64,000 nt of DNA from a virus: positions 1 through 64,000 of IMG/VR virus record IMGVR_UViG_3300009169_000001; one strand, given 5' to 3'. Numbering within the stretch: the first letter of the stretch is position 1; each line of letters begins with the position of its first letter. A model generated the notes under the pieces. It was not told the DNA's origin, did not search any database, and was given only the letters and a program-made list of their open reading frames with translations. The position numbers and the translations under genes were made by a program. Positions 21,594 to 30,781 of this stretch are shown here, piece after piece.

Positions 21594-22080
21594 GTGGGAC
21601 GCAGAGTTCAAGTTTGCGACCCTTAAATACCTCCCTGCAGGTACGGATTGGCGACTTCTCAAAAGCCAGTGCTACCAAGAATCCCGTCTTAACCCCCTAG
21701 CAGAATCCCCCGTCGGCGCGTTTGGCCTGTGCCAATTTATGCCCGCAACCGCCCGAGACGTTGGCCCAAAGATCGGCGCAAAACCTGACGCTTTCTGGCT
21801 CCCTGAAGTAAGTATTTTGGGGGCTGGCTACTACATGGGCAAGCTCACCAAGAGCTGGAAGTCAGAGCGTCCTCCCCTTGACCGGCACAAGCTGGCGTTG
21901 GCCAGTTACAACGCAGGCATTGGGCATATCCTGAAATCGCAGCGCATCTGCGGAGGACCGAAGCTCTATGATGAAATTATTGTCTGCTTACCGCGTATTA
22001 CGGGCCGCCACAGCGCGGAGACGATCGGGTACACGAAGAACATCGTCGACCGCTGGTACCCAGCCATGGTGCTCCAGTGA
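21475..22080 (+). CDS. Endolysin, soluble lytic transglycosylase (SLT) family, with N-terminal hydrophobic signal/SAR
   Basis: QES..NP.A.SPVGA.GL.QFMPAT and ALASYNAG motifs; start codon uncertain (TTG). Confidence 0.88.
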   Translation: MKTIRSHRPSQRLLPHSRWSILLAALLVFASFTVWSFQDKWDAEFKFATLKYLPAGTDWRLLKSQCYQESRLNPLAESPVGAFGLCQFMPATARDVGPKIGAKPDAFWLPEVSILGAGYYMGKLTKSWKSERPPLDRHKLALASYNAGIGHILKSQRICGGPKLYDEIIVCLPRITGRHSAETIGYTKNIVDRWYPAMVLQ

Positions 22081-22155
22081 CTCCAGTGCAATTAATAGCA
22101 CCAAGGGGTCCCAGCCCGTGGCGGAGTCGTCGACGAGTTAGGGGCACCGTGGGTT

Positions 22156-22419
22156 GTGGTTAGGCCCAAGGACTACTGTGATGAGTGCGGGCGACCGAAC
22201 CTCCCCACATTCAACCAAGGCCGGAAGCACACCACCGGGCCGTTCGAGACGCGTCAAGAGTTACGTGACGCAGTGATAGCTCTATTAACTGCTGGTACGG
22301 TGGCCAAGGATATTGCAGTATCCTTTGGTATATCGATATCCACCGTGTCCCGTATCAAGCATGGAGATCGGGCCCAGACGGTCAACGGGTACCGGATTCC
22401 GGCGAGGCAGAGAAAATGA
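22156..22419 (+). CDS. HTH DNA-binding protein
   Basis: AKDIAVSFGISISTVSRIK helix-turn-helix; N-terminal CxxC. Confidence 0.7.
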   Translation: MVRPKDYCDECGRPNLPTFNQGRKHTTGPFETRQELRDAVIALLTAGTVAKDIAVSFGISISTVSRIKHGDRAQTVNGYRIPARQRK

Positions 22420-22601
22420 TCGACACACGGTTTTACAGCAGGAAGTTCATCCTGTCGATGCTGATCCAGCTGGCGGCCATAGCGGGGTTGTTCATGGCCA
22501 AGCTGACTGGGCAGGAGTTCACTACCATCAGCGGGACGGTGATCGCCGCCTATTCCGCTGCCAATGCGGTGTGCCGTTATGTCGAAGCGAAAGACGTCTG
22601 A
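22416..22601 (+). CDS. Small two-TM holin-like protein
   Basis: SRKFIL..., two hydrophobic helices, directly upstream of the spanins. Confidence 0.5.
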   Translation: MIDTRFYSRKFILSMLIQLAAIAGLFMAKLTGQEFTTISGTVIAAYSAANAVCRYVEAKDV

Positions 22602-23101
22602 TGTTCCTCCCCTTTCCCCCTCAATTGGCAATAGCGGCGGCTCTGATGGCCCTGTCAGCGACCGCTGGGTGGAGAGTGACGGCGACTCACTATCAAAACC
22701 AGATCGCCCAACACGAGGTGCAGGTGGAACGCCTGAACAGTGCCCTTTTGGTGGCAGGTTTGGAACTATCCGGCGCGATCTCGGAACGCAACGCCGCCCG
22801 CCACGAGTTGATGACTAAAAATTGGGAGGTCGTATATGTTGAGGTTGTTAAGTACCCCGATGGTCCGCAAAAGCCTGCTGCTGACGGGTTTTGTTATCTT
22901 GATGGCGAGTGGGTCCGGCTGCACGACGCCGCAGCCGACTTGCAGACTCCCGCCGCTCCCGCCAGAGTTGAAGACAGTACCACCTACGCTAACGCCCTTG
23001 AGACCGTCGCCAAAAACTACCGGGAGTACAACAAATGCCGTGCCCAAGTGATAGGCCTCATAGAGATTTATGAGGGCGCTCGCAAGCTCTGCGAAAAATG
23101 A
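22601..23101 (+). CDS. i-spanin (Rz-like)
   Basis: ATG at 22601 (TGATG overlap); N-terminal TM then coiled coil; contains nested lipoprotein gene. Confidence 0.75.
   Translation: MFLPFPPQLAIAAALMALSATAGWRVTATHYQNQIAQHEVQVERLNSALLVAGLELSGAISERNAARHELMTKNWEVVYVEVVKYPDGPQKPAADGFCYLDGEWVRLHDAAADLQTPAAPARVEDSTTYANALETVAKNYREYNKCRAQVIGLIEIYEGARKLCEK
22836..23051 (+). CDS. o-spanin (Rz1-like lipoprotein), nested in the +1 frame of the i-spanin
   Basis: RBS GGGAGGT at 22824; signal peptide with lipobox-like GSG-C; Pro-rich mature part. Confidence 0.78.
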   Translation: MLRLLSTPMVRKSLLLTGFVILMASGSGCTTPQPTCRLPPLPPELKTVPPTLTPLRPSPKTTGSTTNAVPK

Positions 23102-23183
23102 CGCAGTGCTATCCTTTAGACGGTGATAAGTGTAACAATGCAACGAGTACCATGGCTGAAAAGCGCCCCAAGGAGAATCGAGA

Positions 23184-23354
23184 ATGAAGATTAAAGTCAC
23201 GACCCCGCTCATGGTGATCTGCGATGCAGAAGGCAAACCCCTGAAGCGCTGCAAGGGCTGCGCCTCGGACTTCGAAGTCGCCGAGAAGCTATCCATGTTG
23301 CCGCCGGGTAAGTACATCATCACCCGCCCCCCGATTGAAGTAATGGTGAAGTGA
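23184..23354 (+). CDS. Small hypothetical protein (56 aa; not in ORF track)
   Basis: RBS AAGGAG; MKIKVTTPLMVICDAEGK... Confidence 0.55.
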   Translation: MKIKVTTPLMVICDAEGKPLKRCKGCASDFEVAEKLSMLPPGKYIITRPPIEVMVK

Positions 23355-23501
23355 GCCAAGAAGAATTGGCTTGGGTCTTCATCACTGCCGTAGTGATCTA
23401 CACGTTGTGGCCCCAATGGAGACGATGATGGTGTTCGTACTGGCAGGCCCGGTATTGTATGTGGTGCTGGGGTTGTTGATTATGTCGGCGGTCTGCAGCC
23501 T

Positions 23502-23840
23502 GTGCGCTTAATTGCAACGCCAATACCTGCGGGTAGCCACGAGGTGGCAATTTGGCTCGACCTGCCGCCGGGGATCGTGGATGAAGGGCAGCCGATCGAC
23601 ACGGTCTGCAACATCTTGCGCCTGAGCCAGTACGAGTGCATAGTGACCCACGCCAAGGGCACCCTGAGCGATGAGGTGAACATTGCCATCGGGCTGGAGG
23701 CCATACGGCTAGGGTATAAGGTCATGCACTACACGGTAACGGAGGGCACTAAAAGCTCTCACCGAGGGGTGCACCAAAAGACAGTACAGGGGATTGACTG
23801 GTATACCGTGGATCTTTTGGCTGAAGCAGCAAAACTTTAA
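23502..23840 (+). CDS. Hypothetical protein
   Basis: 112 aa; GTG start overlaps a 16-bp palindrome copy. Confidence 0.55.
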   Translation: MRLIATPIPAGSHEVAIWLDLPPGIVDEGQPIDTVCNILRLSQYECIVTHAKGTLSDEVNIAIGLEAIRLGYKVMHYTVTEGTKSSHRGVHQKTVQGIDWYTVDLLAEAAKL

Positions 23841-23857
23841 CTTTACAGGAGATTGTT

Positions 23858-24208
23858 ATGGGCGTTAAAGAAATTGATAGTGCGATGGACGCACTGGGCC
23901 TGACCATGAAGCCGTACGGCATCACGATTCTGGTTCTGGAGCATTCCGAAGGCAAAGTTGACCAGATGATCAACATGACTGAATACGCCAGCTCTGCGGC
24001 TGAAAACGTGTTCAAGTACCAGTGGATCAGCGATGCCATCATTGAAGCACTGAACGGCAAGAACGAAGCTGGTTCGGGAGGTGCGTTCCGTGAGATGGGC
24101 GAGATGTTTCAAGCAGCATTTGCTCAGAGCGGCGGAGACGCAGCTCAAGCAATGGCAGGCTTCGGGGCAGCAGCTGCCGCCCATGGCCAAGGCAAGAAAA
24201 AGAAGTGA
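23858..24208 (+). CDS. Hypothetical protein
   Basis: RBS AGGAG, 116 aa. Confidence 0.65.
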   Translation: MGVKEIDSAMDALGLTMKPYGITILVLEHSEGKVDQMINMTEYASSAAENVFKYQWISDAIIEALNGKNEAGSGGAFREMGEMFQAAFAQSGGDAAQAMAGFGAAAAAHGQGKKKK

Positions 24209-24347
24209 TTGAGACGGTAAGGGCGGTGACTATCATTGCCGCCCTGACTGTTTTTGTCACTTTTGTAAATTGCACCCTGATAGCGACAATACAAGAAAAT
24301 TCCCGCAACAGGGATAACCCTCCCAATGAATTTCAATTTGGGAAAGG

Positions 24348-24686
24348 GTGGGAGTGTACCTGTATGGTTTGGCGCTACTACTCTCCGTTTTGACCCGGTA
24401 TTTCGGCCCCCAGAAGGGCTGGATACAGCGAACTCAACGCTACCCCCAGTACCCCGACGAAGCGCTGAAGCCCTTCTTTGAGCAAGTATCTGCCGGGTAC
24501 TGCTTTAAACAGGCCACCGAACGGGCGGGACTAGACTGGGACACCCTCCATAACACCCTCCTGAGCGATGATGAGACCATGGCCCACAGCCTTGACCTCT
24601 CCATGGTTGCCGGGGCCTTGATCCGCAGGGGGGATTTACCGGTGCCTGACAGGTGGGATAAGCTCTATGAGGAGTACCGACAATAG
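24348..24686 (+). CDS. Hypothetical protein
   Basis: 112-aa ORF filling the gap before the next structural module. Confidence 0.5.
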   Translation: MGVYLYGLALLLSVLTRYFGPQKGWIQRTQRYPQYPDEALKPFFEQVSAGYCFKQATERAGLDWDTLHNTLLSDDETMAHSLDLSMVAGALIRRGDLPVPDRWDKLYEEYRQ

Positions 24687-24767
24687 ATTTCGAAGGTGGA
24701 ACGGGTTGCCGTAGACTACAGGGGTAACCTGTAAGCTGGCCCAGACATCTAGGTAGGAGATCCACAC

Positions 24768-26456
24768 ATGGCATTCGTATTAGCTGACTGGACGGTCACC
24801 CGTTCAACCAAAGTAATTGACTATATCGGGGACGCCCATGCGGGTACCGCCCCTACGTACGCAACAGGTATCGAGCTGCACAGGCAGCTGCAGGACTGGG
24901 CTGACGATTCGGTAGACGGCGGTGATGACCAGATCGCCATCATCGACGTAACCCCCTCCGACCGAGCGGGTGCCGACACGAACATCGTGATGCTTAACGG
25001 CTACACGCTGACGGCCACAGCCCTTGAACACATCTACGATTGTTCTATCACCCAAGCGGGTGGGGACGAAATCTACGACGGCATTCAGGTGTTCGGTAAC
25101 TCGACCTCCATCCAGATCATCCAGAATGGTGCCCTGATCGTTAATGATTTCTGGAACGAGCCGAAGATGATTACGGCAACTTCCGACGCAGCATCTTCTA
25201 CCTCACACCGCTTCTTGATCCAAGTTCGTGACGCAGGCGCTGACATCGACGGTCGCCGCCTGTTGGGTACTCAGCGGGTGCTCGGCACGTCCTACACCGA
25301 GTTCTTTATCGGTGGCGGTACCAACCGTGGTAACAACACACTGGCTTTGACCGCCAACCCTGACGGTAACAACCAGACTGCTGCAGGCACCATCGCTACA
25401 TGGTCAGACATCGTCAACGATACCGAAGGCTACGTAGGTATCGACGCTGACGGTAATACCACCAACGAATTCTACTACTCGAACTGGGAAATCGGCTCGC
25501 GCACCAAGAACCAACTGTACGAGCGTTCGAAGTGGATTCAGCGGGAAGGCACCTCCGAGACCATGTACGGCCTCGCCGCATCACTATTCCGTGGTATCAC
25601 CCACGAAATCAACATCGACACCCCGACAGGCACGTTTGTCCAGCCCGAGAAAGTGACGTGGCCGTCAGGCGAAGGTCAGTTGCTGGCTATCAACAGCACC
25701 ACCGCTGGCACCAAGATGTGGATACAGATGTTGAAGGGCGTCCCGCCTGTAGACAACCAGCTCATCACCGGAGTATCGACAGCGACCGCGTTGGTAAACG
25801 TGACCGTGCAGTCCCGTACGGTACCCTCCACCTTCATAGGTACGTCAACGGGTTCTGCTATCAACCCCGGTGCGTTCGGTATCGGTATTGGCGCAGACGA
25901 CCTGACTGTAAGCGACCTGCTGGTTGACTTGACCAACACCCCGCGTCAGCCGCCGAACAACGTCCAGTTCACCGTGGGTAACCTCATCTCTGGTGACCGC
26001 GTACTGGTAGGCCCGGCCACAGGCAACAGCCTGAACACCGCTCAGTTCACCATCGTAGGTACGCTGAACGGCGCGGCGGTAACGTCTATCACTATCAGCG
26101 CCCCCGTACCGCTGGACACCCCGGCGTCTGGTACGATCCGCGTTGAGAACGACGAAGGCCGTTTTGTTCGCATACCGTACTCCAGCTATTCCGGTTCGAC
26201 GTTCACTATCCCGTCGTACAATTTCAGCGGCACTGGTGCGAACGACTCAGTCACGACTGGCAACGATATGTTTATCAGCTATCTGGACTTGCAGACCGCC
26301 ACTACGCAGGAGAGTTTCACCTCGGTATACCAGACCGATCGGAACTTGTTTATCCGGGTGCGTAACGCTACCGCGCAAATCAAGACCTTCGAATCCACGG
26401 GTACCTTGGGTTCAGGTGGCGGCTCTGCGACAACCGGTAGGATTAGTGATGCGTAA
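24768..26456 (+). CDS. Virion structural protein
   Basis: 562 aa T/G/D-rich beta protein, RBS AGGAG, first of a translationally coupled series. Confidence 0.65.
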   Translation: MAFVLADWTVTRSTKVIDYIGDAHAGTAPTYATGIELHRQLQDWADDSVDGGDDQIAIIDVTPSDRAGADTNIVMLNGYTLTATALEHIYDCSITQAGGDEIYDGIQVFGNSTSIQIIQNGALIVNDFWNEPKMITATSDAASSTSHRFLIQVRDAGADIDGRRLLGTQRVLGTSYTEFFIGGGTNRGNNTLALTANPDGNNQTAAGTIATWSDIVNDTEGYVGIDADGNTTNEFYYSNWEIGSRTKNQLYERSKWIQREGTSETMYGLAASLFRGITHEINIDTPTGTFVQPEKVTWPSGEGQLLAINSTTAGTKMWIQMLKGVPPVDNQLITGVSTATALVNVTVQSRTVPSTFIGTSTGSAINPGAFGIGIGADDLTVSDLLVDLTNTPRQPPNNVQFTVGNLISGDRVLVGPATGNSLNTAQFTIVGTLNGAAVTSITISAPVPLDTPASGTIRVENDEGRFVRIPYSSYSGSTFTIPSYNFSGTGANDSVTTGNDMFISYLDLQTATTQESFTSVYQTDRNLFIRVRNATAQIKTFESTGTLGSGGGSATTGRISDA

Positions 26457-28084
26457 TGGCTGTACCAACGTATGCAGAGGACTTAACTGACATAACGCTG
26501 GCAGAGAGCATCACCGGCTGGGTAGCCCTTGGCGGTGGTGCCTCTGGTCTGGGTGCGGGGGTAGACTTTGCCATGCAGGGCACGAACTGCGTGGACAAGC
26601 AGGTAACCGCTTCAGAGAAAGGTCAGGTCTTCGATAACGCTGCCGGTATCACACTCGGTACCGGAGAGCACATCTTCGTATGGATGTTCAACGCGACCCC
26701 CGGTCTGTCCAACACGTTGGCGAACCGGGGTGCCGCTATCATTGTGGGAAGTTTGACCACAGCATATTGCGCATACCACGTTGAAGGATCGAACACTTAC
26801 GGAGCGGCGGGTCGAGTAGCCAAGTGCTACCCTATCGACTACGCTACCAGAACCTCAAACACTGGCTCTGCTCCGTACCGTACGCTTACTGGCTCTCCCG
26901 GCGCGAACCCCCGAGTCTTTGGCGCTACGCTGAACATCACCGGTACTGTAAAGAGCGCGAACCTTGGTGTGGACGCCATCAGGCGTGGCACAGGCGCGTA
27001 TATCACGGCAGGGGAGATTGCTAACCCGGCCACCTTCAATGGGTATGCTACAGAAAACGACACCCTCGCAAATCGGTGGGGTATCCTGACAAAAGTCGGC
27101 GGCTCATTCGAACTGCAAGGCAGATTTGTCATAGGCCAGAACAGTTCCAAGACTGCTACGTTGGCGTACTTCAGTGACTCAGACGTGGCTATCTTTATCG
27201 TGGACACGCCCCACGCCGCGACAGACTTCACGCAGATCGTTATCGACCACGCCTCGACAGAGGTGTACTTGACCAACGTGAACATCACCGCACTGGGTAC
27301 GCAGAACCCCGGTAGGTTTGTGATGAACAACGCCTCCACGGTTGTGGAGATTACGGGCGGCGCATGGACTGGACTAGGGATCACAACGCTACGGGCGCTG
27401 GCGGTCGTTGACGGCTTGACTTGGCGGCTTTGCGGTACGGTCACCGCCAACGGCGCGAACCTGACCAACGCAGTTTTTGACCGCTCCTCGGCTGCTACGG
27501 CATTGGTGATCAGTAACCTAGACTTGTTGGACTCTTGCACCTTTATCAGCGACGGTACCGGGAATGCGATTGACCTTGGTACGGTATCCTCCTCGATCAC
27601 TATGAACTGGAATTGCACGGACACAGGCTACGCCGCTCAGGGAGGCACAGCCGCCAACCGGACGATACTGGTTAACGTAGCCACCAGCCAGACCCTGACC
27701 ATTAACGTAGCTTCCGGCGCTACCACGCCCACATACAACAACACGGGCGCTGGTACGGTGACTGTGGTATCTGGTCAAGTAACCTTGACGATTAAAGTCA
27801 TCGACATCGATACCGGCGCGAACATAGAGAACGCTATGGTCTACGTTACCGCAGCAGCCGGTGGCGCTTTGCCTGAAGGAACTGCCATCATCAACAAGGT
27901 GTTGACCTCCGCGACCGGGTTGGTGTCTGACACCCGATCTTACTCCGGTAACCAGCCCATCACCGGTAGAGTTCGCAGGGCCACGTCTGCCTATGGTACG
28001 CTGTACAAAACAGGGGCTATTGCTGGCACGGTGAGTTCCGCATCCGGGTTGTCTCTGACAATCCAGATGATTAAGGATGAATAA
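26456..28084 (+). CDS. Virion structural protein (fibre/spike-like)
   Basis: 542 aa A/T/G-rich; TAATG coupling. Confidence 0.65.
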   Translation: MAVPTYAEDLTDITLAESITGWVALGGGASGLGAGVDFAMQGTNCVDKQVTASEKGQVFDNAAGITLGTGEHIFVWMFNATPGLSNTLANRGAAIIVGSLTTAYCAYHVEGSNTYGAAGRVAKCYPIDYATRTSNTGSAPYRTLTGSPGANPRVFGATLNITGTVKSANLGVDAIRRGTGAYITAGEIANPATFNGYATENDTLANRWGILTKVGGSFELQGRFVIGQNSSKTATLAYFSDSDVAIFIVDTPHAATDFTQIVIDHASTEVYLTNVNITALGTQNPGRFVMNNASTVVEITGGAWTGLGITTLRALAVVDGLTWRLCGTVTANGANLTNAVFDRSSAATALVISNLDLLDSCTFISDGTGNAIDLGTVSSSITMNWNCTDTGYAAQGGTAANRTILVNVATSQTLTINVASGATTPTYNNTGAGTVTVVSGQVTLTIKVIDIDTGANIENAMVYVTAAAGGALPEGTAIINKVLTSATGLVSDTRSYSGNQPITGRVRRATSAYGTLYKTGAIAGTVSSASGLSLTIQMIKDE

Positions 28085-29223
28085 TGGCCGTATCGATAGA
28101 TTGGGCGACAAGGATCATCTCTGTTCCTCGGACGGACATGACCCTACTGCAGTCCGTGCCCACGGAAATTCGGCAACTCGACTTGAACGCTTTTCGGTTG
28201 GAACTCAAAGACCTTGAGGATAACGCCGAGGGAGCGCCGTACCTCGACACCCACCGACATAACACCACGGTAACAGTGGGCGGGGTAATCCTCGCCCGCG
28301 TAGTGGAGATCATCAACGGCTACACCGTGACCTTCGAAGACGGTATGTACGCGGTGAACCTTGTCGGGGCCAACTCCAACGTAGGGGACGTGGTGAATGT
28401 AAACCAAGTCTCCGTTCGCTCGGCTAACTCGGCGGGCCTACAAGACCTCTCCACGCTGCTGGCGAGCGCCTACAACTCGCAGGTGTGCGTAGACGTGGTT
28501 AGCGGCCAAAGTGGCACCAGCACGCCTGTGGGAACTCGTAGCACCCCCGTCAACAACTTTGCAGATGCCCTGACTATTGCACAGAACAACTCGATCCGCA
28601 TTCTCCAGATAATGCAGTCGGCTACGCTGGGTGGGGGCGTTAACTTTGCGGCAGGGTACACGTTCCGTGGGGACTCCGAAGTCACTGTTACCTTGACCAT
28701 CGACCCCAGTGCGGTGGTGGAGCATTGTACGTTTGAGAGCATGACAGTTCAGGGGACTTTAGACGGCGAGAACACATTCCATAACTGCAACCTGCTCGAT
28801 ATTGACTACACCAACGGGTTTATTTTCCAGTGTGCCTTGAACGGCAACATCACCTTAGCGGGGCTTGCCCAATGTTCAATCCTAGATTGCTGGTCCAACG
28901 TAGCCGGGGGCGGCGCGGCGCAGTATCCCACAATCGATATGGGTGGCTTGGGGAACTCACTGGTACTGAGAAACTTCTCCGGAGGCATCGGGATAGACAA
29001 TTACTCCGGGGGCGGAGCGGTGAGTCTGGACATGGCGTCGGGCAGGGTAATAGTGGGGAGCATGGTAACGGGCGGCCAGATAACAGTCCGGGGAATAGCG
29101 GACGTGACGGACAACTCAACGGGAACGGCACTGGTGGTGGACGCGACGGTAAACGCAACCCTTGAGGCCCTGCCCACGGACGTTAAGGCTGCCGTCTGGG
29201 CTAACACTACGCCGTACACCTAA
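28084..29223 (+). CDS. Virion structural protein with beta-helix-like region
   Basis: G..GT.TP.GTRSTPVNNFADA then CTF/CNL/CAL stacks; TAATG coupling. Confidence 0.6.
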   Translation: MAVSIDWATRIISVPRTDMTLLQSVPTEIRQLDLNAFRLELKDLEDNAEGAPYLDTHRHNTTVTVGGVILARVVEIINGYTVTFEDGMYAVNLVGANSNVGDVVNVNQVSVRSANSAGLQDLSTLLASAYNSQVCVDVVSGQSGTSTPVGTRSTPVNNFADALTIAQNNSIRILQIMQSATLGGGVNFAAGYTFRGDSEVTVTLTIDPSAVVEHCTFESMTVQGTLDGENTFHNCNLLDIDYTNGFIFQCALNGNITLAGLAQCSILDCWSNVAGGGAAQYPTIDMGGLGNSLVLRNFSGGIGIDNYSGGGAVSLDMASGRVIVGSMVTGGQITVRGIADVTDNSTGTALVVDATVNATLEALPTDVKAAVWANTTPYT

Positions 29224-29687
29224 TGCCTACCGCATGGGAAGCGCTAGTCGCTAAGTCTACCGCTCCGCCCGGCAGCACGGCATGGGAGCACCTGATAAGT
29301 CAGTCCCCCGGTGGTGGCGGCTCGGGTGAGGGTGTCAACGCAGTGATGCCCTCTCCGGGTGGGGTGGCGTTTACAGGCCTACCCCCTAGCTTCGTGTCAC
29401 GGGTGGCCCCCCTCGTACCTACAGGTGCAATTAATTTCACTGGGTTGCCACCGACGTTTGTGTCCACGGGGCCCATCGTGATTGTCGTGCCCACCGGAAG
29501 CATACGTTTCGTGTCTTCACCGCTGAAAGACTCCTCTTCCCCCGAACGGACCTTCCAACCGCAGGTGGATCTGCGCACCTTCATCGTCGATGATGATGCC
29601 AGAGTTTTTGTAGTGGAGCCTGACCAGAGAACCTTTGCACCGGTGCTCAGTAAGCGAAGGTTTATTGTCCCGGTAGACCGCGATTGA
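29223..29687 (+). CDS. Structural protein with FTGLPP repeats
   Basis: Same repeat as 8011..9987; C-terminal R(T/V)F.V repeats. Confidence 0.55.
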   Translation: MPTAWEALVAKSTAPPGSTAWEHLISQSPGGGGSGEGVNAVMPSPGGVAFTGLPPSFVSRVAPLVPTGAINFTGLPPTFVSTGPIVIVVPTGSIRFVSSPLKDSSSPERTFQPQVDLRTFIVDDDARVFVVEPDQRTFAPVLSKRRFIVPVDRD

Positions 29688-29752
29688 TCGGTGGGCCTTG
29701 GACCAGTACACTGGGCCCCAGCATACCGCCATTTTCTTGAGGAGCGCACATC

Positions 29753-30202
29753 TTGGCCGCATCAGCGTGGGCAGTACACGATAAGGTAAAAGAATACCTC
29801 GGCAACAAAGTTATCAACTTTGATACCGACTCCTTCCAGATGATTCTTGGCCTAAGCACCTCGAATATGCACGATGTAACCACCGATGCCTATTCCACGG
29901 TAACCGATGAGGTGGCCACTGCCTTTGGCTACACCCAGAAGAATAAGGCAATCACCACTCCGACATGGGGCGCGGTGGGATCTACCACTACCTTCGATTT
30001 CGACGATGTGGTTTGGACCGCAGCAGGCGGCAGCATCGTAGCCCGCTACGCTGCCGTGGTGGACGATACTGTCGCCAGCCCAGTCATAGACCCCCTTGTG
30101 TGCTCGACGCTACTGGACACCACGCCGGGTAACGTTACGGCCACCGACGGCAACACCTTCACCGTCCAGATCAACGTCGGCGGCTGTTTTACCCTCACCT
30201 GA
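29753..30202 (+). CDS. Small tail-fibre/adaptor-family structural protein
   Basis: TTG start with RBS GAGGAG; paralog of 20084..20527. Confidence 0.65.
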   Translation: MAASAWAVHDKVKEYLGNKVINFDTDSFQMILGLSTSNMHDVTTDAYSTVTDEVATAFGYTQKNKAITTPTWGAVGSTTTFDFDDVVWTAAGGSIVARYAAVVDDTVASPVIDPLVCSTLLDTTPGNVTATDGNTFTVQINVGGCFTLT

Positions 30203-30414
30203 TGAGTAACAAGACAAACCTCACGCTGCAAATGAAGGACACGGTGTCGGGTAAGACTACAGTGGTTATCATGGGCATGCGCGAAGCACAGCAGCTGTAC
30301 CTTAGCCTCCGGGAGATGTTTGGCGATTACCAGCGACCAAATCCGGAACTGTTCATCGCGCCCCCTAAGATCGAGTTGAACCTCAACCAATTCAGGCAAC
30401 CCGACAATGGCTGA
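30202..30414 (+). CDS. Hypothetical protein
   Basis: 70 aa, TGATG coupling. Confidence 0.55.
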   Translation: MSNKTNLTLQMKDTVSGKTTVVIMGMREAQQLYLSLREMFGDYQRPNPELFIAPPKIELNLNQFRQPDNG

Positions 30415-30718
30415 ACGTACACGCAAGTTCAACGAAGACATATTGGATTACTCCTTCGACTGGGGCCGTAAGTGGCTGGCTGAAGGCGACTACATCACCG
30501 ACTCTACGTGGACCATCACCGGTGGGGACATGCTTACGCCCCCGGATCCAGACACCCGGCCCACCATGGCGGCCCCCGCTATTATCGACGCTAACCGGAA
30601 CAGCCTTGTCTGGATCCTGAACGGCACCCCCGGCCAGCGCTACGAGGTGACCAACAGCATTGTCACGTTCCATGGCCGCACCGTGAGCGACACCTTCACC
30701 CTGATCTTGAAAGACTGA
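30407..30718 (+). CDS. Putative fibre-tail adaptor protein
   Basis: LDYSFDW..WL..GD.I..STW...G..G.RY.VTN.I.T..GRT pattern. Confidence 0.6.
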   Translation: MAERTRKFNEDILDYSFDWGRKWLAEGDYITDSTWTITGGDMLTPPDPDTRPTMAAPAIIDANRNSLVWILNGTPGQRYEVTNSIVTFHGRTVSDTFTLILKD

Positions 30719-30781
30719 AACACGTTTGACAAACCCTTACTAGCTATGCTAGTCTGGTGCTAGAAATCAAAGGAGTGGCAC

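Noticed and set aside
22313-22600. N-terminal extension of the 262-aa ORF 22313..23101
   Set aside because: Overlaps two better genes; the spanin TM begins at ATG 22601 with TGATG coupling
23502-23517. Palindrome family as Xer/dif or CRP/FNR sites
   Set aside because: Superficial similarity to the XerC arm, but no 6-bp spacer or XerD arm; does not match TGTGA-N6-TCACA or TTGAT-N4-ATCAA
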